Positions 9,887 to 18,991 of a DNA stretch of 64,000 nucleotides are shown here, piece by piece. Position 1 is the first letter of the stretch, and every line of letters begins with the position of its first letter. Source of the DNA: an uncultured Chloroflexia bacterium (GTDB lineage: Bacteria > Chloroflexota > Limnocylindria > Limnocylindrales > CSP1-4); contig CAVTKZ010000004.1 of the NCBI GenBank assembly GCA_963735455.1, positions 435,238 through 499,237 on the forward strand, written 5' to 3'. The position numbers were made by a program, and so were the translations under genes. The notes under the pieces are model-generated. The model made no database searches and was not told the origin of the DNA. It worked only from the letters and a program-made list of their open reading frames with translations.

Positions 9887-10464
9887 CGAGGCCGGGCGGA
9901 GCGCACCGAACGGGCCAGGATCAGCAGCCCGACGGCCAGGATCAGGATCGGGAAGACGATCGCATCGAGGCTGGGCACGTCCGGGGCAAGGGTCCGCGCC
10001 ACGTCGTCGCCACCGCCGAGGGCCAGCAGGCCCCCGAGCAGTGCCTGCCAGCCGACCCCACCGTGGCCGGCCCAGCGGGCGATCGCGACGAGGAGCAGGC
10101 CGATCCCCAGGAAGAGGGTCGTCCAGCCCGGCGCCTGGCGCAGGACGCCCAGGTCGATCAGGAAGCCCGGCAGCGAGATGGCCAGCACGAAGATCCCCGG
10201 GTAGAGGCCCCAGCGGCCGCGGTTCGAGACCCAGGCGATCAGGAAGGCAAGCCCGGCCGCGACGCCGAGGGCCGGTCCGGCGACGTGGAAGCCGGGCACG
10301 AACTCGCCCAGCAGGAGCAGGCCGCCGAAGAGAACCAGGACCAGGCCGATCCAGGGCAGCCCGGCCTGCGGGTCCTGGCGGGTCCAGCTCCAGCCCCGGA
10401 CGAAGCCGGAGGCAGCCGGTGGCCGGTAGCGGTTCGGGTCGTCGGGCTGGAAGGTCTGGCTCAT
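9883..10464 (-). CDS. Polytopic membrane protein of unknown function, translationally coupled to the MmpL gene
   Basis: ATG 10464 overlaps the MmpL stop (ATGA). About 5 hydrophobic helices. Lies in the same frame as the tail of ORF 9883..12861. Confidence 0.7.
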   Translation of the reverse strand: MSQTFQPDDPNRYRPPAASGFVRGWSWTRQDPQAGLPWIGLVLVLFGGLLLLGEFVPGFHVAGPALGVAAGLAFLIAWVSNRGRWGLYPGIFVLAISLPGFLIDLGVLRQAPGWTTLFLGIGLLLVAIARWAGHGGVGWQALLGGLLALGGGDDVARTLAPDVPSLDAIVFPILILAVGLLILARSVRSARPR

Positions 10465-12792
10465 CCGACCGCACCACCGAGGGTCGGGCCCGAGCCCAGG
10501 ATCGGCTCGGTGTCCTCGACATGGTCGAAGCCCAGCCGGTCGGCAAAGCGCTGGAGTGGCCCCGGCGCCCACCAGTTCCAGTGGCCGAGGAGGCGCATCG
10601 TGGCCGGCACCAGCAGGACCCGCACGATCGTGGCATCGAGCAGGACGGCGATCGCCATGCCCGACCCCGATCGACTTGATCGTGATCGTGTCGGCCAGGG
10701 CGAACGAGGCGAAGACGCTGACCATGATCAGGGCGGCGCCGGTGATCACCCCAGCGGTCCGGGCGAGGCCTTCGGCGACGGCCGCGGTGTTGTCCCGGGT
10801 CCGCCGATAGGCCTCCTGGATTCGCGACAGGAGGAGCACTTCGTAGTCCATCGACAGCCCGAAGATCACGCTGAACATGATGATCGGGTTGCCGGCGATC
10901 GTGTACGGCAGGGGCGTGAAATGGAGGATGTTGCTGAGATTGCCGTCCTGGAAGATCCAGACCAGGGCGCCAAAGCTGGCGCTGATCGAGAGCAGGGTCA
11001 TGATCACCGCCTTGAGCGGGATCGCCAGCGACCCGAACAGCAGGAACAGGACGATTGCGCTCGCGACCAGGGTCAGCCCGATCGCGAAGGGCATTCGCTC
11101 GCCCTGCGCAACCAGGAAGTCGTGGCCGATCGCCGACTCGCCACCGACCATCGTCGTGATCCCGGCGCCGGCGCTGATCGCCCGGATCGTGGGCACCATC
11201 GCCGTCGCCTGAGGCGAGGCGGGGTCGAGCTTGCTGATCGCGTTGATTCGGACCGTGCTGCCCCGGACGTAGGCCGCCTGGAGGGTCGTGATCGCCGCTT
11301 CGGCCGCAGCCGGGCGGCTCGCCGCCGGGAGGGCGTAGAGCTGGCCAACCTGCTCGGGCGTCAGCGCGGCGCCGCTGGCCGGGTCGGTCAGCGAGTACGG
11401 GCTCTCGATCCGGGTGACGCCGTCGAGCCGAGCCAGGTTGGCGGCATAGCCGGCCAGGGCGGTCGCGTTGGCCGCCGAGGTTGGATCGCCGCTGACCGTC
11501 GCCAGGATCACGATCGGGGTGGTCTCACCGGTCGGGAACTCCGTCTGCAGGGCGATGTACGCGTCGCGGCTCTCCATGCCCGGCGGGTAGATCGAGGCAT
11601 CGGGCACGCCCTGGACCAGCCGGAAGAATGGCGATCCGACGAGGAACAGGATGGCCAGGACGGGCACCAGGACGTACAGCGGTCGGCGCATCACGACCCG
11701 CGCGACCTGCTCCCAGCGGTGGCCGCCGCCGGCGCTCGGATGCCAGCCCAGGCGCCGGAAGAGGCCGCCCAGGCTGAGCGAGTTGACCCGCGGCCCGAGC
11801 ATCCCCAGCGTGGCCGGCAGGAAGGTCAGGGCGTAGACCAGGGTGCCGATCACGACCAGCGAGCCGGCCACCCCGATCGAGCTGATCGCGCTCGACTTGA
11901 ACAGGAGCAGGCCCGACAGGCCAATCGCCACCGCGAAGCCCGAGAAGGCCACGGCCTTGCCGCTCGTGGCCACGGCCTTCTCGACCGCCTCGCCCGGCGT
12001 CCGGCCCTTGGCCAGCTCCTCGCGGAAGCGGCTGACCATGAAGAGCGAGTAATCGATCGACAAGGCCAGGCCGAGCATCGTCGCGATGTTGATGACATAG
12101 ACGCTCATCTCGATCTGGCGACTGACGAAATAGATCAGGCCGAGCGTCGTCGGGATGGCCAGGCCGGCGACCAGGAGGGGCATCGCCGCCGCGACGAGCG
12201 ACGCAAAGACGAGGATCAGGATCAGCGCGACGATCGGCAGCGAGACCGTCTCGGCCCGCTCGAGGTCTTGCTGGGAAAGGACCGCCGCGTCCTTCGTGAT
12301 CGGCCCGTAGCCGGTCAGCTCGTAGCTGAGGCCGGCCGGGGCGCTCAGCTTGGCCCGGATGCCATCGACGAGATCGACGGACTGCTCGTCGGTCGCATTG
12401 AGCTGGATGACGACGTAGGTCGCGGTCTTGTCGGTGCTGATGAAGCGCGGATCCTGGGTCTGGGCGTAGCCCACGATCCCGGCCACGTCGGGGTCGCCGG
12501 CCAGGGGCCCGACGGTCTGGTCGATCGCTGCCTGGAAGGCCGGGGCCGATGCGTCGGCGCCGGCCGACGTCGAGCGGAAGAGGGCGATGATGCTGCTCTT
12601 GCCGCCGCTGAACTCCGTCGCCAGGCGTTCATCGACTGCCGCCGACTCCGACGTCGTGTCGAGCCAGCCGCCCGAGCTGAGATGGCTCGAGGCGCTCAGC
12701 CCGAAGAAGCCCATCACCAGGGCGACCGCCAACGCACCGCCGACGAAGAAGCGCCGAAACCGGTAGACGAAGGCGCCCCAGCGAGTGAACAT
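10461..12792 (-). pseudogene. MMPL-family (RND superfamily) transporter with a 1-nt insertion near 10659
   Basis: ORF 9883..12861 from ATG 12792 shows the MMPL architecture up to TITIKSIGVG. The true C-terminus (MAIAVLLDATIVRVLLVPATMRLLGHWNWW...) lies in ORF 10461..10658. Confidence 0.85.
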
Positions 12793-12912
12793 GAACGACC
12801 TTTCGCGACGGACGGCGCCCGCCCAGGGTGCCCGGCTCTCGAGTATCCGTCGGGCAAACAATAGGCGACCCGAGCGCCGGGCCGCCTTCGCGCTCGGCTA
12901 GACTCCGGCCCA

Positions 12913-13890
12913 ATGGCTCCTGTTGCTCCGGCCGGCACCTCGTCCGCGGTTCCGAGCGGGTCCGTCCAGACCGTCAGTGGCCCCGTCGCGGCGGCGGACC
13001 TGGGCTTCGTCCTGCCCCACGAGCACACCGGGATCCACCTGTGGCGGATCCCCAATCGCTGGGACTACTGGGAGCTGACCCCGGACGACGCCCTGCTCCT
13101 GCCTGAGCTGGCGGCCTATCGCGCGGCCGGCGGCGGCACGCTGGTGGACGTGACCCTGCCCGGGATCGGCCGCGACCCGCTCCGGCTGCGGCGCTACGCC
13201 CAGGCGAGCGGCCTGCACATCGTGATGGGCACCGGCTGGTATCGGACCGCCTATTACCCTGCCGAGGCGCTGATCGACCGGCGCAGCGTCGACGACCTGG
13301 CCGACGAGCTGGTGGCCGGGATCGAGGGCGGCGTCGACGGTACCGACATCCGACCGGGGATCATCGGCGAGATCGGCACGGACAAGCCCTGGCTCACGGC
13401 GCTCGAGGAGCGTGTCCATCGGGCCGCCGGCCGGGCGGCCCGCCGGACGGGCCTGGCGATCACGACCCATTCGGTGATGTCGCCGGTGGGTCTCGCCCAG
13501 CTGCGCGTCTTCGAGGATGAGGGCGTCGATCCGGCCCGGGTCGTGATCGGCCACGCCGACTCGTACCCGGTCCTGGAGCACTACCTCGAGGTCATCCGGC
13601 GCGGCGCGAACCTCGAGTTCGACTTCCTGGGCATGAGCTTCACCCCGATGGAGCGCCATGGCGAGCCACGCATCGTCGACCTGGCCCGGGAGCTGGTCGA
13701 GCGCGGCCATGCCGACCGGCTCCTCCTGAGCCAGGACGTCTGCCACAACAGCCAGCTGGCGGCCTACGGCGGCAACGGCTACACGCACTTGTTCGAGACG
13801 TTCCTGCCCCGGCTCCGGGCCTCCGGCGTGCCCGAATCCGCGATCCACCAGATGACGGTCCTGAACCCCGCCCGGATCCTGGCCACCTAA
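12913..13890 (+). CDS. Phosphotriesterase-family (PTE/PHP amidohydrolase-fold) protein
   Basis: Motifs: GFVLPHEHT, IIGEIGT, AITTHS, VIGHAD, LSQD. Confidence 0.9.
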   Translation: MAPVAPAGTSSAVPSGSVQTVSGPVAAADLGFVLPHEHTGIHLWRIPNRWDYWELTPDDALLLPELAAYRAAGGGTLVDVTLPGIGRDPLRLRRYAQASGLHIVMGTGWYRTAYYPAEALIDRRSVDDLADELVAGIEGGVDGTDIRPGIIGEIGTDKPWLTALEERVHRAAGRAARRTGLAITTHSVMSPVGLAQLRVFEDEGVDPARVVIGHADSYPVLEHYLEVIRRGANLEFDFLGMSFTPMERHGEPRIVDLARELVERGHADRLLLSQDVCHNSQLAAYGGNGYTHLFETFLPRLRASGVPESAIHQMTVLNPARILAT

Positions 13891-13996
13891 CGGGGACCCC
13901 TGCCCGCCTGCAGGCGTCTGCGCCGGGTACAACAAACGGCCGATTTTCGATGCCCGTGGCGCCGTCACCCTCGGTCGAGGCGCGAGCGGGCCATGG

Positions 13997-14168
13997 TTGG
14001 GACGAATGTCGCCAGCAGACGCGCTACGGTCCAGATCGATCCGCTTTGGCGCACTTGGGTCGCCTGAGCGCCGACTCCCACGCACGAATCCCGCCCCCCG
14101 ACCCGGCCCAACACCTCAAGTCGGGTCTCGACTGCCTGTACGGCGTCCCTCGGCGACATTCGTCCCAA
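13997..14168. repeat. 172-bp element bounded by a perfect 17-bp inverted repeat
   Basis: TTGGGACGAATGTCGCC at 13997-14013 and its exact complement GGCGACATTCGTCCCAA at 14152-14168. The arms extend imperfectly inward. It generates the mirror-image artefact ORFs that both begin MGRMSP. Confidence 0.8.
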
Positions 14169-14183
14169 GATCGGCGCCGGCGC

Positions 14184-14408
14184 TCACATTCCGGGTTCGA
14201 TCAGCAGGTAGGGGTCCCCGCTGCATCCTCCGTCGATCCTGTCCCCTGCCCGGAACGCGACGTTGCCATCGGCGTCAAGGATCTCAAGTGCCGGATCGAA
14301 CCGTGCTGCAAAGCCAGGCGGCCACTCCACGTCGAGGCGGCTGCCTCAGGGACCGACGAGCCACGCCAGGTGCGGATCCGTCGGAGACCCGGCGAGGGTC
14401 TCATTCAT
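14184..14408 (-). pseudogene. Small ORF interrupted by an in-frame TGA (14346-14348); hypothetical
   Basis: Read by hand: MNETLAGSPTDPHLAWLVGP-stop-GSRLDVEWPPGFAARFDPALEILDADGNVAFRAGDRIDGGCSGDPYLLIEPGM-stop. The downstream part looks protein-like and has an internal GTG at 14330. Confidence 0.3.
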
Positions 14409-14523
14409 CAGCCCGATTCCGGCGCAATCGGCCGAGGGTGCGGTCGGGAGGGTGAAGGCAGAGACCCTGAAAAGCCCAATTTGCAGTACTAGTGCACCTT
14501 CCCCCAGGCCGCAGTCCAGCGCT

Positions 14524-14603
14524 GGCGCCCCACTGCCCGCGGTGGCGCCCCACTTACCGCGGTCGGGCACCACCGCCCGCGGTCGCGCCCCGCCCCGCGA
14601 CGG
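14524..14603. repeat. Degenerate 20-bp tandem repeat x4 carrying CCGCGGT / ACCGCGGT palindromes
   Basis: Units: GGCGCCCCACTGCCCGCGGT, GGCGCCCCACTTACCGCGGT, CGGGCACCACCGCCCGCGGT, CGCGCCCCGCCCCGCGACGG. The period is not a multiple of 3. Confidence 0.75.
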
Positions 14604-14642
14604 AGCCTCAACCGGCCTGACCGCCTCGGCCGGAACCCCGGT

Positions 14643-15086
14643 TCAGCTCTCGAGGGTCGCCTCGACGCTCAGGGCGACGTTGTTCTTGATCGCGTTCGAG
14701 ATCGGGCAGCCGTTCTTGGCGGCCTCGGCGATCTCGGCGAACGTCGCCGCGTCGATGCCCGGCACGGCCCCGGTAACGGTCAGGGCGCTCGAGACGACTC
14801 GCCGGCCGGCGTCGGTCTGGTCGAGCGTCACCCGGGCCGTCACGGCCAGGCGATCGGCGGTGAAGCCCCGCTTGAACAGGTCATTGCTGAAGGCCATCGA
14901 GAAGCACGAGGCGTGCGCCGCCGCGAGGAGCTCCTCGGGGCTCGTCCGGCCGTCGGACGATTCGACCCGCGAGGCCCAGGTCGTGGGCAGGGCGGTGAAC
15001 ACGCCGCTCGATATGGCACTCACGGTGCCCTTGCCGTCGGTCAGGTTGCCCGACCAGGTGGCGTCGGCTTGGCGGACTGCGGCCAT
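14643..15086 (-). CDS. osmC: OsmC-family peroxiredoxin
   Basis: ATG 15086 is preceded by GAGGAG. OsmC pattern WSGNL, AAHASCF, AEAAKNGCPIS (two Cys). Confidence 0.9.
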   Translation of the reverse strand: MAAVRQADATWSGNLTDGKGTVSAISSGVFTALPTTWASRVESSDGRTSPEELLAAAHASCFSMAFSNDLFKRGFTADRLAVTARVTLDQTDAGRRVVSSALTVTGAVPGIDAATFAEIAEAAKNGCPISNAIKNNVALSVEATLES

Positions 15087-15194
15087 CTCGTTCTCCTCGT
15101 CGTGAGCGGTGCCGGCCGGCCGCATCCTCGGGTCGGCGGTCTCGCTGATTCGTTGCCGCGCGAATCGTCCCACACCAGCGCGGGCAGCGCCGGA

Positions 15195-16475
15195 TCAGCC
15201 GAGGTGCTCACGAACGGCCGCCGCGAACGGTCGGTGGACGAGCGCCCGAGGCAGGGCGACCCGGCCCGCGCCGCCGAAGGCCCGGTGGGCCTGCAGCGCC
15301 TCGACAAAGGCGGGGACAAAACCAGCCTCGGCGAGCGGGTCGAAGCTCGGTTCCCACCACAGGCCGAGGATCCGGAGCGCCCCGGCCTTTCGATCGATCC
15401 GGGGCTCGATCCGACCGACGAGCCGGTCGCCGAACAGGATCGGCAGGACGTAGTAGCCCCAGCGCCGCTTCTTCTCCGGAACGTAGACCTCCCAGACGTA
15501 GTCGAAGCCGTACAGGGTGCGCAGGAGCTCGCGATCCCAGACGAACGGATCGAGGGGCGCCAGGAAGGCCGCGCCAGCGGGCCGGCCGCCCGGCTCGCGG
15601 CCGGCTGCCAGCTCCGCCTCGGCGCTATCGAGAATCGCCAGCTCGCCGGCCAGGACGTAGCGCTCGCCCTTGATCCCCTCGACCTCGACCGGCACGATGT
15701 CGCCCCGCTCGACCAGTTCGCGGCGCAGGGCAATTCGTGACCGCCAGGGCGGATCGCCGGGACCGGCGACCGCCTTGCCGAGACCCAGCCAGAGCTCGGG
15801 CTGGCCGGCCCGGCCGAGCAATCCGTGGGCCTGGAAGCGGGACAGGAGCTTGTGCCGGAGCTGGTCGTGCTCGTCGCGCCGATCGGCCAGCAGCTCGGCC
15901 GGGAAGAGGCGCTCCACCAGGTCGTAGTAGCGCCGGTTGCCGGCTCGTCGCGAGAGCCCCAGGACGCCCGCCTCGCCCAGTGCCTCGAGCAGGGCCCGGA
16001 CCTGGTTCGTCGGTCGCCAGTACCAGTCGATCGCCGCCCGAGGCTCGACATCGGTCGATGACAGCTCGCCGCCGGCGCGGATCCGCTCGAGGAGCTCGGC
16101 CACCAGCGGTGCGTGCTCGCCAAACGAGCCGGCGTCGTGGCGTTGCGAGCTTCGATCCCAGGCGATCCGGTAGTAGGGCAGCTCGACCGTGGGCACCAGG
16201 CTGAGGCCCTTGTTGTAGGTCTCGTACAGGCTGCGCTGCTCGTACAGCAGGGCATCAGTCCATTCCCGCCGGTAGCCGGCAATCCGGGCGAGGAGGACCA
16301 GGTCGTGATTTCGGCCGGCCACCTCGAGCGGATCGAACTGGAGCGAGCCAAGGCGAGCGACGACGGCCATCACGCTGGCCGGCTCGGGCGGCAGGGAGCG
16401 GGGCGGCGCGAGGCCGTGGCGGAGCGCCATGAACCGGCGGGCGGCGGCGGGGCTCACCCGGCGTAGAGCAGTCAC
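15195..16475 (-). CDS. Winged-helix DNA glycosylase of the AlkZ/YcaQ (DUF1006) family; start uncertain
   Basis: Motifs: LGSLQFDPL (Q-hydrophobic-D), YEQRSLYETY, WEVYVPEKKRRWGYYVLPILFGDRLVGRIEP. Confidence 0.8.
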   Translation of the reverse strand: MTALRRVSPAAARRFMALRHGLAPPRSLPPEPASVMAVVARLGSLQFDPLEVAGRNHDLVLLARIAGYRREWTDALLYEQRSLYETYNKGLSLVPTVELPYYRIAWDRSSQRHDAGSFGEHAPLVAELLERIRAGGELSSTDVEPRAAIDWYWRPTNQVRALLEALGEAGVLGLSRRAGNRRYYDLVERLFPAELLADRRDEHDQLRHKLLSRFQAHGLLGRAGQPELWLGLGKAVAGPGDPPWRSRIALRRELVERGDIVPVEVEGIKGERYVLAGELAILDSAEAELAAGREPGGRPAGAAFLAPLDPFVWDRELLRTLYGFDYVWEVYVPEKKRRWGYYVLPILFGDRLVGRIEPRIDRKAGALRILGLWWEPSFDPLAEAGFVPAFVEALQAHRAFGGAGRVALPRALVHRPFAAAVREHLG

Positions 16476-16652
16476 CGGCGGATCGTAGCGGCTGGCGAAT
16501 CGCGGAGTTGATCCGTGGCCCGGGGCCCCACGTACCCCCGACGAGTCCGGACCGGCAACGTCCCCGCCGCACCGGCTCCGTACGAGAGGTGGCAATGACG
16601 ACAGCCCTGGCAGCCCTGTGCCTAGACCCGGTTTCCACTGGAGAAGGAACTC

Positions 16653-16970
16653 ATGTCTGAACTCTCACGACGCGCGTTCATGAGCCGCGCCGCGGCGGTC
16701 ACGGCCGCGGGCGTCGCGGCCTCGAGCGGGATCGTCGCCCTCCCGGGCCTGATCGCCGCGGCCGGCCCGGCGCTCGGCAGCAGCACGTCCATCCAGACCG
16801 CCATGGAGCTCGACCTCAGCTCGGTGGGACGCGACGTGATCGCTCACGTCGAGGACGCCTCGACCGGTGATGTCGCTCTCTATGTCGGCACCAGCGAGGT
16901 CACGTACCACGACCCCGAGCTGGTCGCTCGCCTGCTCAAGGGCGCGCGCACGGCCGGGCAGGGGGCCTAG
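16653..16970 (+). CDS. Small protein with a twin-arginine (Tat) signal peptide; function unknown
   Basis: RBS GGAGAAGGA. SRRAFM motif followed by a long hydrophobic region. Its stop lies 3 nt before the DUF4331 start. Confidence 0.75.
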   Translation: MSELSRRAFMSRAAAVTAAGVAASSGIVALPGLIAAAGPALGSSTSIQTAMELDLSSVGRDVIAHVEDASTGDVALYVGTSEVTYHDPELVARLLKGARTAGQGA

Positions 16971-16973
16971 CCA

Positions 16974-18326
16974 ATGTCATCCCATCGCGAGGCGCCGTCG
17001 ATCTCGAAGGATCCCGTCGCCGACAACACCGATACGTATGCCTTCGTCAGCCCGGACGCTCCCGACACCGTCACCCTGATCATGAATTACATCCCCGGCG
17101 AGTCGCCGGCGGGTGGTCCGAACTTCTATGAGTTCGGCACGGACGTCCTGTACGAGTTCGTGATCGACAACGACGGCGACGGCAAGCCCAACCTCTTTTA
17201 CCAGTTCCGTTTCGAGACCAAGGTCAAGAACGAGAACACCTTCCTGTACAACACGGGCCCGATCAGCAGCCTGACCAGCGCGTCCTGGAACCGGGTCCAG
17301 ACGTACTCCGTCACCCGATCCACGGGCCGCCACACGCACGTCCTTGGGTCCGATCTGCTCTGCCCGCCGGCCAACATCGGTCCGCGCTCCACCCCCAACT
17401 ACGCCGCGCTGGCGAGCGCAGCCGTCCACACCCTCAAGGACGGCACCAAGGTCTTCGCCGGCCAGCGCCGTGACGGCTTCTTCGTCGACCTGGGCTCGAT
17501 CTTCGACCTGGGCGACCTGCGGCCGTTCGAGAACCTGCACCTCATCCCGACCGCCGCGACCGCCGGGCACGACGCGCTCGCCGCGTTGAACGTCCACACG
17601 ATCGCGCTGCAGATCCCCAAGACCAGCCTGACCAAGGGTGGCCATAGCCCGACGGCCGTGACCGACAGCCGCTCGACGGTCGGGATCTTCGCTCGCGCCA
17701 GCCGGCGCCGGGCGCGGATCACGCACGGCTCGCAGGAGGTCCAGTCCGGCGCGTGGAACCAGGTGTCGCGCCTGGGCAACCCGCTGATCAACGAGGTCAT
17801 CACCCCGATGGCCAGGAAGGACCACTGGAACGCGGTGTCGCCGAGCGCCGACCACGAGTTCATCCACTACGTCCAGCACCCCGAGCTGGCCGGGCTGCTG
17901 AACGTGCTCTACCCCGGCGTCTTTCCCCACCTCGCGGCCTACACCAAGCCGCGAGCGGACCTCCAGGCCATCCTGATGACCGGCATCCCGGCGGGCATCG
18001 TGTCCGGTTTCCAGAACTACACCGGCCCGGTCATCGCCGACATGCTCCGCCTCAATATGGCCATTCCGCCGACGACCTCGAGCCCGAACGTGCTTGGCGT
18101 CGTGGGTGGCGACCTGGCCGGCTTCCCGAACGGACGACGGGTGTTCGACGACGTGGTCACGATCGAGGTCCGGGCGATCGCCGGCGTGACCATCCCGCTC
18201 GTCGACCCGAGCTTCGTCCCTGACGCCGCGGCTTCGGCCGTGACCGACGGTTCGAGCCCGGGCGACATCTACCTCGACCACTTCCCGTACCTGGGCACGC
18301 CGCTCAGCGGGTTCGACACTCCATAG
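16974..18326 (+). CDS. DUF4331 domain protein without its own signal peptide
   Basis: Family-typical N-terminus MSSHREAPSISKDPVADNTDTYAFVSPD. Also FAGQRRDGFFVDLGSIFDL and RLGNPLINEVI. Confidence 0.9.
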   Translation: MSSHREAPSISKDPVADNTDTYAFVSPDAPDTVTLIMNYIPGESPAGGPNFYEFGTDVLYEFVIDNDGDGKPNLFYQFRFETKVKNENTFLYNTGPISSLTSASWNRVQTYSVTRSTGRHTHVLGSDLLCPPANIGPRSTPNYAALASAAVHTLKDGTKVFAGQRRDGFFVDLGSIFDLGDLRPFENLHLIPTAATAGHDALAALNVHTIALQIPKTSLTKGGHSPTAVTDSRSTVGIFARASRRRARITHGSQEVQSGAWNQVSRLGNPLINEVITPMARKDHWNAVSPSADHEFIHYVQHPELAGLLNVLYPGVFPHLAAYTKPRADLQAILMTGIPAGIVSGFQNYTGPVIADMLRLNMAIPPTTSSPNVLGVVGGDLAGFPNGRRVFDDVVTIEVRAIAGVTIPLVDPSFVPDAAASAVTDGSSPGDIYLDHFPYLGTPLSGFDTP

Positions 18327-18360
18327 CCCCTGGGGCGGCCTCGCCGCCCAGGATCCGATC

Positions 18361-18391
18361 AAGCCCGGCGTGCCTGCCAGCCGCCGGGCTT
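18361..18391 (+). terminator. Hairpin downstream of the DUF4331 gene
   Basis: AAGCCCGGCG - 11-nt loop - CGCCGGGCTT, followed by CTCAATT. Confidence 0.5.
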
Positions 18392-18417
18392 CTCAATTCG
18401 CCGATCAGGGATCGGGT

Positions 18418-18870
18418 TCAAGGCCGCGTGGACCGCCAGTCGACCTCGGCGACCTGGCCGCCGATGATCGTCACCCGGTCGGGCAGGCTTGGGTCGTCGG
18501 TCCAGATCCGGTAGGTGCCGGCCCTGAGCTCGACGTAGATCCCGGCGTAGGTGACCTGGCCGCCCGAGCGCCGCTCGTGGATCGCCGTGTGGGTCCGATG
18601 GCCATGACCATGCCCCTGGTCGTGCTCGTGACGGAGCTCGTGACCGTGTGCGGGGCCGTGCTCGTGGCCGTGCTCGTGGCCTCGGTCCTGCTCGTGACCC
18701 TGACCATCGTCGTGTCCGGGCCGATCGTCCGGGTCATCGATCGGGCTGACCTCGATCTCGCGACCATTGAGGGCGGCATCGGTGTACAGGATCAGGGCTC
18801 CGATGTCGCCGCCGATGTCGAGGACCGCGTCCTCCAGGGAGAAGCCCGCGGGGCGGGGAGCGTCAGGCAT
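18418..18870 (-). CDS. Small beta-rich protein with a roughly 45-residue His/Asp/Glu-rich insertion (putative metal-binding)
   Basis: ATG 18870 with AGGAG 10 nt upstream. Insert: GHDDGQGHEQDRGHEHGHEHGPAHGHELRHEHDQGHGHGHRTH. Confidence 0.8.
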   Translation of the reverse strand: MPDAPRPAGFSLEDAVLDIGGDIGALILYTDAALNGREIEVSPIDDPDDRPGHDDGQGHEQDRGHEHGHEHGPAHGHELRHEHDQGHGHGHRTHTAIHERRSGGQVTYAGIYVELRAGTYRIWTDDPSLPDRVTIIGGQVAEVDWRSTRP

Positions 18871-18991
18871 TTGGATCGATCTCCTCTGGGGCGGATACGC
18901 TCCTGCCCGGAGCCCGGTTCCCGGCGTCGCAACCCGCGCGGCGCAGTGCGTGTTCCATCCTATGAGAAGCCGCTGGAGATGCCCGACCCCG

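Noticed and set aside
10063-12864. 933-aa ORF on the plus strand opposite the MmpL gene. Similar giant ORFs: 8363..10636 minus, 38622..40649 minus, 39845..41758 minus, 47316..49643 minus, 52783..55113 minus, 55325..56713 minus.
   Set aside because: They are antisense or off-frame to genes with clear family motifs. Their translations are dominated by R/G/P/D/A runs with no recognisable domains. This is the typical stop-codon-poor shadow of 70% GC coding DNA.
14186-14205. GGTTCGATC, a tRNA T-loop-like string.
   Set aside because: The flanking bases do not form a T-stem, acceptor stem or anticodon arm, so there is no cloverleaf.
14346-14348. In-frame TGA as a selenocysteine codon.
   Set aside because: I could not fold a SECIS-like stem-loop in the roughly 40 nt downstream, and the window holds no selenoprotein context. 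I kept it only as a pseudogene or short-ORF possibility.
13965-14455. Two ORFs on opposite strands that both begin MGRMSP (13965..14168 minus and 13997..14455 plus).
   Set aside because: The identical N-termini are a by-product of the 17-bp inverted repeat. Neither translation looks protein-like.
14524-14603. The 20-bp and 10-bp (36891-36920) tandem repeats as CRISPR arrays.
   Set aside because: The repeats are contiguous with no spacers, are far too short, and no cas genes are present.
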